Assembly: GCA_030141605.1 (NCBI GenBank)
Contig: JAQGDQ010002408.1
Coordinates: forward strand, 1-64,000
Length of the DNA stretch: 64,000 nt
Direction of reading: 5' to 3'
Source of the DNA: Tubiluchus corallicola
Taxonomy: Eukaryota > Animalia > Priapulida
A model generated the notes under the pieces. It searched no databases. It was not told the origin of the DNA and saw only the letters and a list, made by a program, of their open reading frames with translations. The position numbers and the translations under genes are program-made. The stretch's first letter is position 1; each line of letters starts with the position of its first letter. Positions 11,003 through 22,619 of the stretch are shown one piece after another.

Positions 11003-13462
11003 TTATTTTTTCAAGTCTTTGGGGCGTTCTACTTTTACTTTTAATAAAGCAATATTCAGCACTTCTATTACTTCTTTTACATAATGGAATTTTAGCCCTT
11101 TCAAATAGATGCTTTTTATTTCTTTAATGTCCTTTTCATTTTCTTTTGACAAAATAATTTCCTTGATGCCTGCTCTTTTAGCAGCTAATATTTTTTCCTT
11201 AATACCTCCTACGGGTAATACCTTACCTCTTAGTGTTATTTCGCCTGTCATTGCTACATTTTTCTTTACCTTGCGTTGTGTATAAATAGAGGCTAGAGAA
11301 GTGGCCATAGTAATGCCTGCTGAAGGGCCATCTTTAGGAATTGCTCCTTCTGGCACATGTATATGTAAGTTCCATCTGTTAAATATTTTCTCGTCAATAT
11401 TTAGCTGTTTCGCATTTGATTTTATATATTCCAAAGCTATTATTGCTGATTCTTTCATCACATCCCCCAGGTTGCCAGTTAAGGTTAATTTTCCTTCTCC
11501 TTTACTTAAACTGCTTTCAATAAAAAGTATTTCGCCTCCTACTGCTGTCCAAGCTAAACCTGTTACTAATCCTGCGAACTCATTTCCTTCGTATGTTTCT
11601 CCACTATATTTCACTGCCCCGAGGTATTCTTGCAAATGTTCTGTCTTTACGTTTTTATCATACTCTTCTTCCAAGGCAATTTTTTTTGCTATTTTTCTTA
11701 CTACTTTTGCAATTCGTTTGTCTAGCTCTCTTACACCTGATTCTCTTGTGTAGTTTTTTATAATGTCTTCTATGGTAAGTTTTGGGATGTTTAGTTGTTG
11801 TTTTGTCAGTCCATGTTTTTTTAGTTGATCAGGTACAAGATGGCGTTTGGCTATCTCTTTTTTTTCTTCTATGATGTAGCCACTTATATTGATAAGTTCC
11901 ATTCTGTCCAATAGTGGAGTAGGAATAGTTTCAAGTATATTAGCCGTAGCAATAAACATTACTTTGGAGAGGTCATAGTCTATCTCCAAATAATTATCGT
12001 GAAAGGTGGAGTTTTGTTCTGGGTCTAACACTTCTAATAATGCAGATGAAGGGTCTCCGTGTGAACCCACACCTGTTTTATCTATCTCATCAAGGATGAA
12101 TACAGGGTTAGATGATTTTGATTTCTTGATACCTTGTATAATACGTCCGGGCATTGCTCCTATGTAGGTTTTGCGATGCCCTCTTATTTCTGCCTCATCG
12201 TGCAAGCCACCTAAGGACATTCTTACATATTTTCTATTCAAAGCGTGAGCAACTGACTTTCCGAGTGATGTTTTACCTACCCCGGGAGGACCATATAAGC
12301 AAAGTATTGGGGATTTGAGGTCTCCTTTCAATTTCAATACAGCCAAGTGTTCTACAATGCGTTCCTTTACCTTTTCTAAACCATAATGTTCTTTATCCAG
12401 AATCTTCTCTGCTTTCTTCAAGTTAAAATTGTCTTTGGTGTATTTATTCCAAGGTAGTTCCAATAAGGTATCCATATAGTTGAGTTGTATGGAATACTCT
12501 CCTGATGCTACATTAAGACGTTGTATTTTTGTCAATTCATTATCAAAAAATTTAGCTACTTCTTCGCTCCAGTTTTTCTTCGCTGCTCTTTTTTTTAGCT
12601 CTCTTATTTCTTGGTCGACAGGATTGGGGCCTAGTTCATCCTGTATTGTTTTCATTTGTTGTTGTAAGAAGTATTCTCTCTGCTGCTGCTCTATTCCCGT
12701 CTTTACCTTTGTTTGTATGTCATCTTTCAGTTCAACCAATTGTAACTCTTTAGAAAGATGTGTTATCAATTTAACAGCTTGTTTTTTAAGGTTCGGCTCT
12801 TCTATCAACTGTTGTTTTTTGGCTACTTTTATATCTATATTTGCGCAAATAAAATTGATAAGATAAATAGGGTCCTCTATGTTTCTAATAGTAAACTCTG
12901 CCTCCACAGGGATTTGCGAAGAGTGTTTAATTATCTTAGAAGATATGTCTCTAATAGATGCAATAATGGCCTGAAATTTTTTATCTGTCTTACTTTCGTA
13001 TTTCTTATTATTTTCTTTCCATAAGTCTACTTTTGCTATAAGATTAGGGGTTTCTTCTACAGTTTCTAAGATGGAAAATCGGCTTCTGCCTTGTAGTAAT
13101 ACAGACACACTACCGTCGGGCATTTCCAGTATCTTTAAAGGTTTTGCAATGGTTCCTACTTCGTATAAATCTTTAAACAATGGGTTTTCTATATTTTTGT
13201 CTTTCTGTGCCACAGCACCTACAAAACCTTTATTTTCATATATCTTTCTTACAATATCTAAAGATTTTTTTCTACCTATGTTAATAGGTAGTATTACTCC
13301 AGGGAAAAGAACTACATTTCTCAATGGAAGTATTGGGAGTTTATTTGGCAAGTCTTTCTTCTTGTTCACGTCACTGGTGTCTTCTTCTATCATTATAGGT
13401 AAGAAACTTTCATCACCTCCCATTAATTCATTAAACAACAATTCATCTATACTTTTACTCAT
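11003..13462 (-). CDS. lon: ATP-dependent Lon protease
   Basis: [11 protein letters not shown], Walker [30 protein letters not shown]. Confidence 0.98.
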   Translation of the reverse strand: MSKSIDELLFNELMGGDESFLPIMIEEDTSDVNKKKDLPNKLPILPLRNVVLFPGVILPINIGRKKSLDIVRKIYENKGFVGAVAQKDKNIENPLFKDLYEVGTIAKPLKILEMPDGSVSVLLQGRSRFSILETVEETPNLIAKVDLWKENNKKYESKTDKKFQAIIASIRDISSKIIKHSSQIPVEAEFTIRNIEDPIYLINFICANIDIKVAKKQQLIEEPNLKKQAVKLITHLSKELQLVELKDDIQTKVKTGIEQQQREYFLQQQMKTIQDELGPNPVDQEIRELKKRAAKKNWSEEVAKFFDNELTKIQRLNVASGEYSIQLNYMDTLLELPWNKYTKDNFNLKKAEKILDKEHYGLEKVKERIVEHLAVLKLKGDLKSPILCLYGPPGVGKTSLGKSVAHALNRKYVRMSLGGLHDEAEIRGHRKTYIGAMPGRIIQGIKKSKSSNPVFILDEIDKTGVGSHGDPSSALLEVLDPEQNSTFHDNYLEIDYDLSKVMFIATANILETIPTPLLDRMELINISGYIIEEKKEIAKRHLVPDQLKKHGLTKQQLNIPKLTIEDIIKNYTRESGVRELDKRIAKVVRKIAKKIALEEEYDKNVKTEHLQEYLGAVKYSGETYEGNEFAGLVTGLAWTAVGGEILFIESSLSKGEGKLTLTGNLGDVMKESAIIALEYIKSNAKQLNIDEKIFNRWNLHIHVPEGAIPKDGPSAGITMATSLASIYTQRKVKKNVAMTGEITLRGKVLPVGGIKEKILAAKRAGIKEIILSKENEKDIKEIKSIYLKGLKFHYVKEVIEVLNIALLKVKVERPKDLKK

Positions 13463-13556
13463 TCTGTCTGTCTTTGTTTAATTCTAATCCTATGTTTATT
13501 TAAACTAAATTTTATATTTTAATATTGTTTTTTTAGGTGGTTTTTTCGTATTCTAT

Positions 13557-14744
13557 TTATATTAAACCTTCTCTATACAGTTCTGTTTTTTTATATATCT
13601 TTTGTAATATGGTTTTATCCAATTGATGAAGTTCCATTCCTCGTCTTTTCATTACTTTTTTTGCAGTTATTATAGCTTTGTCCAATCTATATTCTGTAAG
13701 TTGTTGGTTGCCTCCCCACGAAAAAGAAGGTATAAAATTACGGGCAAAACCCGTGCCAAAAATATTGGCTGATACACCTATAACTGTTCCCGTGTTAAAC
13801 ATAGTTTCTATAGCACTTTTAGAATGGTCGCCCATTATCATTCCGCATATTTGTAAGTTTGTATCTACAACCTCGTCCTTTTCGTAGTCCCATAGTTTAA
13901 TATTGGCGTAGTCATTTTTTAAATTAGACGAGTTTGTGCCTGCGCCAAGGTTGCACCACTCACCCAGTACCGAATTGCCTAAGTACCCATTGTGTGCTTT
14001 GTTTGTGTAAGCTTGCATAGACACATTGCTTATTTCTCCTCCTATTTTACAGTGTGGGCCTATTGTTGTTGGTCCATATATTTTAGTGCCCATTTTTACG
14101 ATGGTATTGTGGCATAATGCTAGTGGACCACGAAGCATTGTTCCCTCCATTACTTCTACATTTTCTCCTATGTATATCGGCCCTTTTGTGGTATTCAATA
14201 TAGCACACTCTATCTTTGCATTGTTCTTTACAAATAAATTGTTCCCTATAATTGTGTTTGTAGTGCTTAGCTTAAAAGACTCTCTTCCCTTAGTAAGTAA
14301 ATTATAGTCTTCTACAATGTTCTTATCATTTTCTGCAAATATATCCCACGTATTTTTCAGTCCCCTCACCTCAAACTCCACAGCCAATTGTTCGTATCTG
14401 TCCATCTTGTGAGCTTCAAATTTTGTCACTTCATCTCTCCATAATCTTACAGCTACGATACTTCCTTCGTATACAAGAGCTTGATTGTGATGCAAATTTA
14501 TTATCCGTTCTACAAGTTGTGGTGTGGGGTATATACTGCCGTTCACAAGCAAATTATCATCTTCTTTGTGTAAGGCAAACTTCTCTTGTAAGTAATTTTG
14601 GGTATGGTAAGAAAACTTTGTATTTATATATCTTTCCCACTTTTCTTTGATGGTAAGTATTCCTGTCCTTAGCTCGCAAACAGGTCTTGTAAAAGTAAGC
14701 GGGAGCAAACTTTTCCAGTTGTCATCAAATAATATATAATTCAT
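13557..14744 (-). CDS. GlmU-like sugar nucleotidyltransferase/acetyltransferase (Bacteroidota type)
   Basis: LLPLTFTRP..ELRTGILTI.EKW N-terminus plus left-handed beta-helix (NKAHNGYLGNSVLGEWCNLGAGT). Confidence 0.85.
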   Translation of the reverse strand: MNYILFDDNWKSLLPLTFTRPVCELRTGILTIKEKWERYINTKFSYHTQNYLQEKFALHKEDDNLLVNGSIYPTPQLVERIINLHHNQALVYEGSIVAVRLWRDEVTKFEAHKMDRYEQLAVEFEVRGLKNTWDIFAENDKNIVEDYNLLTKGRESFKLSTTNTIIGNNLFVKNNAKIECAILNTTKGPIYIGENVEVMEGTMLRGPLALCHNTIVKMGTKIYGPTTIGPHCKIGGEISNVSMQAYTNKAHNGYLGNSVLGEWCNLGAGTNSSNLKNDYANIKLWDYEKDEVVDTNLQICGMIMGDHSKSAIETMFNTGTVIGVSANIFGTGFARNFIPSFSWGGNQQLTEYRLDKAIITAKKVMKRRGMELHQLDKTILQKIYKKTELYREGLI

Positions 14745-14915
14745 TTTTTATGTTTGTTTGTTTTTTTTTCATTGATTTTTTTATTGATAAATGGTATTAG
14801 AAACAATATTTAACATTGCAGTCATTCTCAGCTTTGCAATGACAACTGAATGTAGGGTGTAATGGACTTCTTGTAAATACCATTATCATATTTAAGGTTC
14901 TAATTTTGAAAGGTA

Positions 14916-14948
14916 AAAATAAAAAAACTCCATACTATGATGGAGTTT
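14916..14948 (-). terminator. Rho-independent terminator after rpmE2
   Basis: Stem AAACTCCAT-actatg-ATGGAGTTT followed by poly-U on the minus strand. Confidence 0.75.
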
Positions 14949-14974
14949 ACAAATATAGTGCAAAATAAAAGTTT

Positions 14975-15238
14975 TTATTTCTTCTTATTTTGCAAATGCT
15001 TTTCATATCTAGATTTGAATTTATCTACTCTTCCTGCTGTATCTACCAGTTTTGTTTTTCCGGTGTAGAATGGATGTGAAGTATTTGATATTTCTACTTT
15101 TACCAAAGGATATTCTTCATCGTCAAGTTTTATAGTCTCTTTACTTGGCACTGCCGATTTTATCTTAAAAGTCTGCCCGTTAGACATATCTTTAAAAACT
15201 GTCATTCTATAACCCTTTGGGTGTATATCTTTTTTCAT
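14975..15238 (-). CDS. rpmE2: 50S ribosomal protein L31 type B
   Basis: MKKDIHP...SHPFYTGK...DTAGRVDKF; no Zn-binding Cys. Confidence 0.96.
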   Translation of the reverse strand: MKKDIHPKGYRMTVFKDMSNGQTFKIKSAVPSKETIKLDDEEYPLVKVEISNTSHPFYTGKTKLVDTAGRVDKFKSRYEKHLQNKKK

Positions 15239-15288
15239 CTTTTGTTGTATCTTAAAAATTAAAAGATTGTTTCAGCCTAAAATTGCCA

Positions 15289-15320
15289 CAAAGGTAATAG
15301 TTTTTATTTTAGGAAGCAAA
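15289..15320 (-). promoter_or_regulatory. Bacteroidota sigma70 promoter for rpmE2
   Basis: TTTG (-33, 15317-15320), 20 nt spacer, TACCTTTG (-7, 15289-15296). Confidence 0.7.
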
Positions 15321-15354
15321 ATTTCTTGTAATTATTTCTTTGTTGTTGTTTGCT

Positions 15355-15714
15355 TTATTTTGCTAAACTTATACTTTTTACATCTACTTCGGGAGACTGA
15401 AAAAGTTCAGAATCTACTTCTGCAATTACAACAACTTCTGTTTTTTCATCAAAGGTTATATTCCAAATCAATTCGTTATCTATTTCTGCAATGATTTCTC
15501 CCGTATTATCTTGAAATACGTATTTTTCATCTCCTAATTTTTTTGTTACATAACCTCTAAGTTTAACAAGTTTGTCTTTCATATCCAACATAGATGCTTT
15601 GCTTTTTACTTCTTCTACAGAAAGAACTTCGCTTTGAATAGAAGGTCCTTTGTATTGAGCACTACCAGCAACAACAGCCCCCATCAGAAGAGTTATAAAT
15701 ACAAGTGTTTTCAT
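15355..15714 (-). CDS. YgiW/YdeI family bacterial OB-fold (BOF) periplasmic protein
   Basis: Signal peptide, AQYKGP, V.LRGY....GDEKYVFQDNTGEI.AEID. Confidence 0.85.
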   Translation of the reverse strand: MKTLVFITLLMGAVVAGSAQYKGPSIQSEVLSVEEVKSKASMLDMKDKLVKLRGYVTKKLGDEKYVFQDNTGEIIAEIDNELIWNITFDEKTEVVVIAEVDSELFQSPEVDVKSISLAK

Positions 15715-15818
15715 AGCTGTATAGTTTTAAAAAATTAAAAAAAACATTTCTTAAATATACAAAAATGAATGCCATATTCCTAATAAAAACAGGAAATTAT
15801 TTTTCTTTATTATAAACA

Positions 15819-17732
15819 CTAAATTACTTTCAGTTTTAATATTTTTCGCACTGCTTTACATATTGACTTTTTGTCATATCCACATTCTTTATATAGTTCT
15901 TTTTGCGTGCCATGTTCTATAAATTTATCAGGCACACCAAGACGTTTTATTTGTGCAGTATAAGCACTATCACTCATAAATTCCAGTACTGCACTACCCA
16001 GTCCGCCTGTAATACAGCCATCTTCTACAGTAATGATATGGTTAAACTTCTTAAATATCTTATGTAGTAACTTTTCATCTATTGGTTTCAAAAATCTCAT
16101 GTCATAGTGAGCTGTTGAAATATTTTCCTGCTGTAGGATTTTTATTGCTTTTTGAACTATATTGCCTATGTGTCCTATACTGATAATAGCCAAATCCTTT
16201 CCCTTGGAGATAATTCTCCCTTTTCCCAGTGGTAGAGCTTTCATCTTTTGTTTCCAATTTATTGTAGTTCCTTTGCCTCTTGGATAACGAATGCTAAAAG
16301 GGCCCATATCTTTTTGTTGGGCTGTGTACATTAAGTTTCGCAACTCTATTTCATCCATTGGAGCAGTTACTATCATATTTGGAATTATGCGCATATATGC
16401 AAGGTCGAATATTCCGTGATGTGTAGCCCCGTCGTTGCCCACAAGCCCTCCTCTGTCTAAGCAAAATACTACATTAAGTTTTTGAATAGCTACATCGTGG
16501 ATTACTTGGTCGTAGGCTCGTTGCATAAATGAGGAGTAAATGTTACAAAATGGCAATTTTCCTTCTATAGATAAGCCTGCGGAGAAGGTTACTGCATGTT
16601 GTTCTGCAATGCCTACGTCGAATACCCTGTCAGGCATCTTTCGTTGCATTATATTAAGCGAACCTCCTGTAAGCATTGCTGGTGTGATACCTACTATCTT
16701 CTCGTTTCGTTTTGCTAACTCAAGTATTGTTTCCCCAAAAACATTCTGATATTTTGGTGCTTTATCCCGTTGGTCTGTCTCTTCTTGCACCTTCCACGTG
16801 TTTTTGTCAAATTTGGCAGGGGCGTGCCAATAAGTCTGATTTTTTTCTACTTCTTTTATTCCATTTCCTTTGCGTGTCAATATATGTAACACCTTAGGGC
16901 CTTCTATCTTTTTCAAGTCTTTAAATACCTTGACCAGTTGATTTACGTTGTGTCCATCTACGGGTCCGAAGTATCTAAAATCAAATGCTTCAAAAAGGTT
17001 ACTTTGCTTTAACAAGATAGATTTTATTCCAAGGTTTATTTTCTTGATAAGCTCTTGTGTGTTTTCTCCAAACTTACGCAACCTGCCCAATGTGCCCCAT
17101 ACTTCCTGTCTCACCTTGTTGTAAGTGGTAGAGGTTACGGTATCTAATAAAAATCTATTTACCCCGCCTGTACTAGGGTCTATGCTCATATTATTATCAT
17201 TGAGGACAACTAGCATATTAGGTCTATCGTTTGCTCCATTGTTCAAGCCTTCAAAAGCTAAACCTCCTGTCATTGCTCCATCTCCAATAATAGCTACTGC
17301 TTGTTTTTCATTCTCATTTCTGCTTTTAAAAGCCATAGCCATACCTAATGCTGCGGAAATAGAAGTAGAAGAGTGACCTACTCCGAAAGAGTCATATTCG
17401 CTTTCTGATGGACGAGGAAAGCCGCTAATACCTCCGTATTTTCTGTTGGTATGAAACAATTTTCTTCTGCCCGTAAGTATTTTATGCCCATATGCTTGGT
17501 GTCCTACATCCCACACTAGTTTGTCGTGTGGTGTATCGAACACGTAATGCAAAGCTACTGTAAGTTCTACTGCACCAAGACTTGCTCCTAAATGACCGGG
17601 GTTTTTAGATACTTCATCTATGATAAATTCGCGCAATTCTTTACACACTTGTGGAAGTTCTTTCTCTGACAGTTTTTTCAAGTCAGTAGGAGAATCTATA
17701 TTGTCCAGCAAAGGGTATTTGTTGTTAGCCAT
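15819..17732 (-). CDS. dxs: 1-deoxy-D-xylulose-5-phosphate synthase
   Basis: GHLGASLG, WDVGHQAY, GDGAMTGG, DVGIAEQHA, DGATHHG, IRYPRG. Confidence 0.98.
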   Translation of the reverse strand: MANNKYPLLDNIDSPTDLKKLSEKELPQVCKELREFIIDEVSKNPGHLGASLGAVELTVALHYVFDTPHDKLVWDVGHQAYGHKILTGRRKLFHTNRKYGGISGFPRPSESEYDSFGVGHSSTSISAALGMAMAFKSRNENEKQAVAIIGDGAMTGGLAFEGLNNGANDRPNMLVVLNDNNMSIDPSTGGVNRFLLDTVTSTTYNKVRQEVWGTLGRLRKFGENTQELIKKINLGIKSILLKQSNLFEAFDFRYFGPVDGHNVNQLVKVFKDLKKIEGPKVLHILTRKGNGIKEVEKNQTYWHAPAKFDKNTWKVQEETDQRDKAPKYQNVFGETILELAKRNEKIVGITPAMLTGGSLNIMQRKMPDRVFDVGIAEQHAVTFSAGLSIEGKLPFCNIYSSFMQRAYDQVIHDVAIQKLNVVFCLDRGGLVGNDGATHHGIFDLAYMRIIPNMIVTAPMDEIELRNLMYTAQQKDMGPFSIRYPRGKGTTINWKQKMKALPLGKGRIISKGKDLAIISIGHIGNIVQKAIKILQQENISTAHYDMRFLKPIDEKLLHKIFKKFNHIITVEDGCITGGLGSAVLEFMSDSAYTAQIKRLGVPDKFIEHGTQKELYKECGYDKKSICKAVRKILKLKVI

Positions 17733-17759
17733 CTCTTTTTACCTTGTTCAGAAAGCATA

Positions 17760-17767
17760 CAAAGGTA
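17760..17767 (-). promoter_or_regulatory. Bacteroidota -7 promoter element (TACCTTTG) for dxs
   Basis: TAnnTTTG 27 nt upstream of the dxs ATG. Confidence 0.55.
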
Positions 17768-17865
17768 ATTATTTTTGTTGATGTAAAAATAATTATATTT
17801 AGCAAGAAGAGGGGATACAATTTTTGTATTATTGTTTGTGCAATTGTATAATGTTGATATAATGT

Positions 17866-19440
17866 TTATTTGACTTTTTCTTTTCCATTGATTTCTATTT
17901 TCTTAAATAAATTGGTTATGCTTATTTTGTTTTTTATTTCTTTTAGTAAGTCTGATAGTTTTATTCTTTCTTGTTTCATTGTGTCTCTATCTCGTAGAGT
18001 TACAGACTCGTCTTTTAGTGTATCGTGGTCTATGGTGATGCAGTAAGGAGTGCCTATAGCATCTTGCCTTCTGTAGCGTTTCCCCACAGAGTCTTTTTCG
18101 TCATATTGGCAGTTGAACTCAAATTTTAGCAAGTTGTAAATTTTCTTTGCTTTTTCTGGCAATCCATCCTTTTTTACAAGTGGTAGCACAGCTACTTTCA
18201 CGGGGGCTAGTTCGGGTGGTAATTTCATTACTATTCTGCTATCAGTCTTTTCGTTCTCTTTTTTCAGTATCTCTTCTGTATAAGCATCCGACAATAATAG
18301 CAATATAAGACGGTCTAAACCAATGGAGGTTTCCACTACGTAAGGTATGTAAGATTTATTAGTCTCGTTATCAAAATACTGTATTTTCTTGCCCGAATGT
18401 TTCTGGTGTTGAGAGAGGTCAAAATCAGTGCGAGAGTGTATGCCTTCTACTTCTTTGAAGCCAAATGGAAACTTGAACTCTATATCAGTAGCTGCGTTGG
18501 CGTAGTGTGCCAATTTGTCGTGGTTATGAAATCTGTATTTTTTGTTCTCTATACCTATGGCTTTGTGCCACTTCATACGAGTTTCTTTCCAATAGTTGAA
18601 CCATTTTATTTCTTCACCCGGGCGGACAAAAAACTGCATTTCCATCTGTTCAAATTCTCTCATCCGGAAGGTAAACTGCCGGGCTATAATTTCATTTCTA
18701 AAGGCTTTGCCTATTTGAGCGATGCCGAAAGGCAGTTTCATTCTGCCTGTTTTCTGCACATTAAGGAAGTTGGCAAAAATACCTTGTGCCGTTTCAGGGC
18801 GTAGATATATTTGATGATTGTCGTCGGCTACAGCACCCATATTGGTACTGAACATTAGGTTGAACTGTCTGACATCTGTCCAATTTTTACTTCCTGAAAC
18901 GGGGCAAACTACCTCATAATCTATAATAATTTGCTTCAGCATTTCAAGGTCATTGTTGTCTAAGGCTTTTACAAAACGTTTTTGTATTGTATCTTTTTTT
19001 CTTTTGTTGGCGATTACTCTTGGGTTTGTTGATAAAAATTCTTCTTTGTTGAAGTCATTTCCAAAACGTTTTTGAGCTTTTTGTACTTCTTTATCTATTT
19101 TGCCTTCTATTTTTTGTATCAGTTCTTCTATGAGAACATCGGCACGGTAGCGTTTTTTAGAGTCTTTGTTATCTATTAATGGGTCGTTAAAAGCATCTAT
19201 ATGTCCTGAGGCCTTCCAAGTGGTAGGGTGCATAAAGATGGCGGAGTCTAAGCCCACAATGTTTTCGTGCAGTTTTACCATAGCATCCCACCAGTATTGT
19301 TTTAGGTTGTTTTTCAATTCTACACCCAGTTGTCCGTAGTCGTACACTGCACTCAAACCATCGTATATCTCGCTAGATTGAAATATGAAGCCATATTCTT
19401 TACAATGTGACACTAATTTTTTAAAGATGTCTTCGCTCAT
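17866..19440 (-). CDS. glyQS: Glycine--tRNA ligase, homodimeric alpha2 type
   Basis: YDYGQLG, YLRPETAQG, GKAFRNEI, REFEQME, LAHYA, GKRYRRQDAIGTP. Confidence 0.97.
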   Translation of the reverse strand: MSEDIFKKLVSHCKEYGFIFQSSEIYDGLSAVYDYGQLGVELKNNLKQYWWDAMVKLHENIVGLDSAIFMHPTTWKASGHIDAFNDPLIDNKDSKKRYRADVLIEELIQKIEGKIDKEVQKAQKRFGNDFNKEEFLSTNPRVIANKRKKDTIQKRFVKALDNNDLEMLKQIIIDYEVVCPVSGSKNWTDVRQFNLMFSTNMGAVADDNHQIYLRPETAQGIFANFLNVQKTGRMKLPFGIAQIGKAFRNEIIARQFTFRMREFEQMEMQFFVRPGEEIKWFNYWKETRMKWHKAIGIENKKYRFHNHDKLAHYANAATDIEFKFPFGFKEVEGIHSRTDFDLSQHQKHSGKKIQYFDNETNKSYIPYVVETSIGLDRLILLLLSDAYTEEILKKENEKTDSRIVMKLPPELAPVKVAVLPLVKKDGLPEKAKKIYNLLKFEFNCQYDEKDSVGKRYRRQDAIGTPYCITIDHDTLKDESVTLRDRDTMKQERIKLSDLLKEIKNKISITNLFKKIEINGKEKVK

Positions 19441-19452
19441 TTTACTATTATC

Positions 19453-19704
19453 TTATTTTATTTCTTCAAAGTCAGTATATTCTCCTTCATTGGGTTTTGT
19501 TTTTTTGTTCTTTTTGGGCATATAGTTTATTTTTATTTCTCCTTCTTTCTTTTGAGTACGAGTGTAGGAGTTGCGTTGATTGTTGAATTGACCAAAATTT
19601 TTATTAATGTATTTACGCAATAAATAAGGAAGTAGTTGTCTGAAAAAAAGCCTTGTTAAATAGTAGATGGTTGCAACGATTAATATTATTTTGAGTAAAC
19701 CCAT
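19453..19704 (-). CDS. Small membrane-anchored protein, DUF4834-like
   Basis: Likely start MGLLKII at 19704; one TM segment; C-terminal GEYTDFEEI. Confidence 0.7.
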   Translation of the reverse strand: MGLLKIILIVATIYYLTRLFFRQLLPYLLRKYINKNFGQFNNQRNSYTRTQKKEGEIKINYMPKKNKKTKPNEGEYTDFEEIK

Positions 19705-20152
19705 TTTGACGAAGTTATTCTTTTTTGCAAAAATATATAAATTTGAGCAATTATAAATCCTGAGGGTTGAAAGAAAAAAACTCATTATAGTTCGGTTTTC
19801 TTTTTTCCCTTTCTACTTACAAAGGAGAACATACATATTGTTGTTCTTCTTTCATAATTTGTAGTATTTTTTGTTCTACGAAGTTTTGTATTTAATTTGA
19901 GGTATGGCTTGGATAGAGCATAAGAATATGTTGAAAAACATATATGAAAGGTGAAAATATTATAGGGAAATTAAGATAATGGATTGTTATTTGCCGTTAG
20001 AGTTATGTTTTTTTAGGATTACATAAGGGTTTTATCGTTTACTACAATAGAAGCTAATCATCGTTGCTTTTTTGTAGAAATCAATTGTATGATGGTTTGT
20101 GCTACTATGTCAAGTTACAAGATGCTAATTGTTTCAAGTAAGTTGTTTTCTC

Positions 20153-21004
20153 TTAATGCAAGGCTTTTCTTTTTACCATTCCACCTGTGGTGTCGTCTAT
20201 TTTTGTTTGCACTATGAAAGCGTTGGCATCTATTTTGGTAATAGCTGTTTTTAAAGAGGTTATTTCAAGGCGAGTAATTACGGTGTATATTACATCTATA
20301 TTTTTGCCATTGGCGGTAAAACCTCGTTTTCCATTAAATATTGTTACTCCGAACCTTTTTTCTGTGAGCATTTTTCTTATTTCTTCGCTTTTTTCTGATA
20401 TGATAGTCATTCCTGTGTACTCTTCAATACCGTGAACAATAAAGTCTATCGTTTTGGAAGCAGCTAGATAGGTAATGATAGCGTAAAGTGCAACTTCTAC
20501 GTTGATAAGAAAGATAGCTACGGAGAAGATAATGATATTGATAATGAGAATAACGTCGCCTACCGTAAGGCTTGTTCTTCTACTTATATACACGGCTAAT
20601 ACTTCTGTACCATCTATCACGCTGTCTCCTCTGATAGAAAGACCAATACCAGCTCCAAGAAAAAAGCCTCCGAAGATAGAAATAAGCAATTTGTCGTCAG
20701 TAACAATAGGAAAATCTATATATTTTACAGAAAGTGATAATGCTACAATAGCTAAGAAAGTTCTAATGGCAAAGTTGAGAGACAGTTGTTTATACCCCAT
20801 TAATATAAATGGAGCGTTGTATAAGAAGATGAGCAAAGGCAGGCCAACACCAGTGACTACATTGGTAAGAAGCGAAATGCCCATAACACCACCATCAATG
20901 AAGCCGTTAGGAATAAGAAAGCCTTTCAATCCAAATGAGGCAGATAATACGCCAAAAGCTATTAAAATTATTTCTTTTATAATGCTCGTTTTCTGTTGTT
21001 GCAC
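20153..21004 (-). CDS. YitT/DUF161 family membrane protein with DUF2179-type C-terminal domain
   Basis: FLIPNGFIDGGVMG, DGTEVLA, ID.NAF, GGMVK. Confidence 0.9.
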   Translation of the reverse strand: MQQQKTSIIKEIILIAFGVLSASFGLKGFLIPNGFIDGGVMGISLLTNVVTGVGLPLLIFLYNAPFILMGYKQLSLNFAIRTFLAIVALSLSVKYIDFPIVTDDKLLISIFGGFFLGAGIGLSIRGDSVIDGTEVLAVYISRRTSLTVGDVILIINIIIFSVAIFLINVEVALYAIITYLAASKTIDFIVHGIEEYTGMTIISEKSEEIRKMLTEKRFGVTIFNGKRGFTANGKNIDVIYTVITRLEITSLKTAITKIDANAFIVQTKIDDTTGGMVKRKALH

Positions 21005-21054
21005 TGTTTGTCTTGTAAAGTAAGTTGCCTAAATTTTTCTTAGCAAGGGAAACT

Positions 21055-22613
21055 TTATTTTTCTGTTTCTATAACTTCTTTTATTTTTTTGCCGCGTGGA
21101 GCTTTTTTGGGGTAATAAGGTTTCCCATTTGTTACTCCGTCATTTCCTATTGGGTTTTTCATTATATAGTTATTGAGTCGTCCTTTTTTTTGTCTTTCAC
21201 GGCTTGAGCTCTTTATGTATTGCCACTCTTCTGCTGCTAATCTGTCTTTTTCTTTGATTTGGTTAGTATTTCCAAATACAAAGTTAAAACCAAACCTTGT
21301 GTTTATGTATTGAGCATGTTGAGGGAAGACAACAGCCAAAAGGTTGTCATTAACAACATAAAATTGAAAGTTGCCTGTCTTTATTCCAAAACTGAGACCT
21401 AAATTTTGAACGGACCTGTGAGCAATGGAGTAAGATATTCCAGAAGTAAGCCATCTTCGGAGGTTGGCATTGGCTGATAAGGTGAGGGATTGTCTTATTA
21501 TACCTTTTGTGAATTGGGTGCGGCTTAATACTCCTATATTAAAATTGTCGCTAACTCTGTATCTAAGTCCCATATACACTTTTGGAGATAGCCACGAAGT
21601 ATAGGCTTTTTCTTCTCCTGAGGCTTGTTCAAACGTTTCTCTTAGTATCGAATCTAAGTTCATATCTTCGACATTCTCACCTTCAAATAAATTTTCTACT
21701 CCTTCAAAACGATAAGTTCCATCATCATATAAGTTGTAGGCGTTATTATTCCAGCGTATAAAGCCTATATCTAATAAACTTGCAGAAACTTCCCACTTAT
21801 CGTCTACCTGATATATCATTCCAAGGTCTATGGCATAGCCTCTATTGCCTTTTACATAATTTATGCCATTGTTATCAATGGTGTCAGTGTAAAGTCCTCC
21901 ATCTTCATCAAAATACAAATTGGCAGGACCTGCAATGTTTACTATATAGTTTGCTCTTACATCTATGTAGTCTNNNNNNNNNNNNNNNNNNNNNNNNNNN
22001 NNNNNNNNNNNNNNNNNNNNNNNNNNNNNNNNNNNNNNNNNNNNNNNNNNNNNNNNNNNNNNNNNNNNNNNNNNNNNNNNNNNNNNNNNNNNNNNNNNNN
22101 NNNNNNNNNNNNNNNNNNNNNNNNNNNNNNNNNNNNNNNNNNNNNNNNNNNNNNNNNNNNNNNNNNNNNNNNNNNNNNNNNNNNNNNNNNNNNNNNNNNN
22201 NNNNNNNNNNNNNNNNNNNNNNNNNNNNNNNNNNNNNNNNNNNNNNNNNNNNNNNNNNNNNNNNNNNNNNNNNNNNNNNNNNNNNNNNNNNNNNNNNNNN
22301 NNNNNNNNNNNNNNNNNNNNNNNNNNNNNNNNNNNNNNNNNNNNNNNNNNNNNNNNNNNNNNNNNNNNNNNNNNNNNNNNNNNNNNNNNNNNNNNNNNNN
22401 NNNNNNNNNNNNNGCAATATCAGTAGAGGATAAACCAGGAATACCTACATAGGTTTTAAAACTGGTTTGGTAGGCAGGGTTGAGTTTATTTATCTGAGGT
22501 ATTTCGTGTAAAAAGTACATAGCATTATTTTGCTGACTAAAGGACATTGTGCAAGAAAATGATAGTACAACTGTTGTAATAAGTGTCAGAAATTTAAAAT
22601 AATGATGCTTCAT
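21055..22613 (-). CDS. DUF5723-like outer-membrane beta-barrel protein, interrupted by the assembly gap
   Basis: 5' part has a signal peptide and PQINKLNPA. After the gap the frame reads DYIDVRANYIVNIAGPANLYFD...GYAIDLG..Y...SASLLDIGFIRW...NLG...RFGFNFVFG, continuous with ORF 21055..21918. Confidence 0.75.
21974..22413. other. Scaffold gap (440 N)
   Basis: Run of n. Confidence 1.
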
Positions 22614-22619
22614 CTAAGA

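Noticed and set aside
14814-14848. Short inverted repeats (CATTGCA...TGCAATG, GTCATT...AATGAC) as a REP-like element
   Set aside because: Single short copy in the window, too weak to support.
14975-15238. Type B L31 as a sign of zinc-starvation adaptation
   Set aside because: The Cys-free form is the usual L31 in Bacteroidota, and no Zur-type context is visible.
21780-22433. ORFs made largely of X residues
   Set aside because: Artefacts of translating through the N gap.
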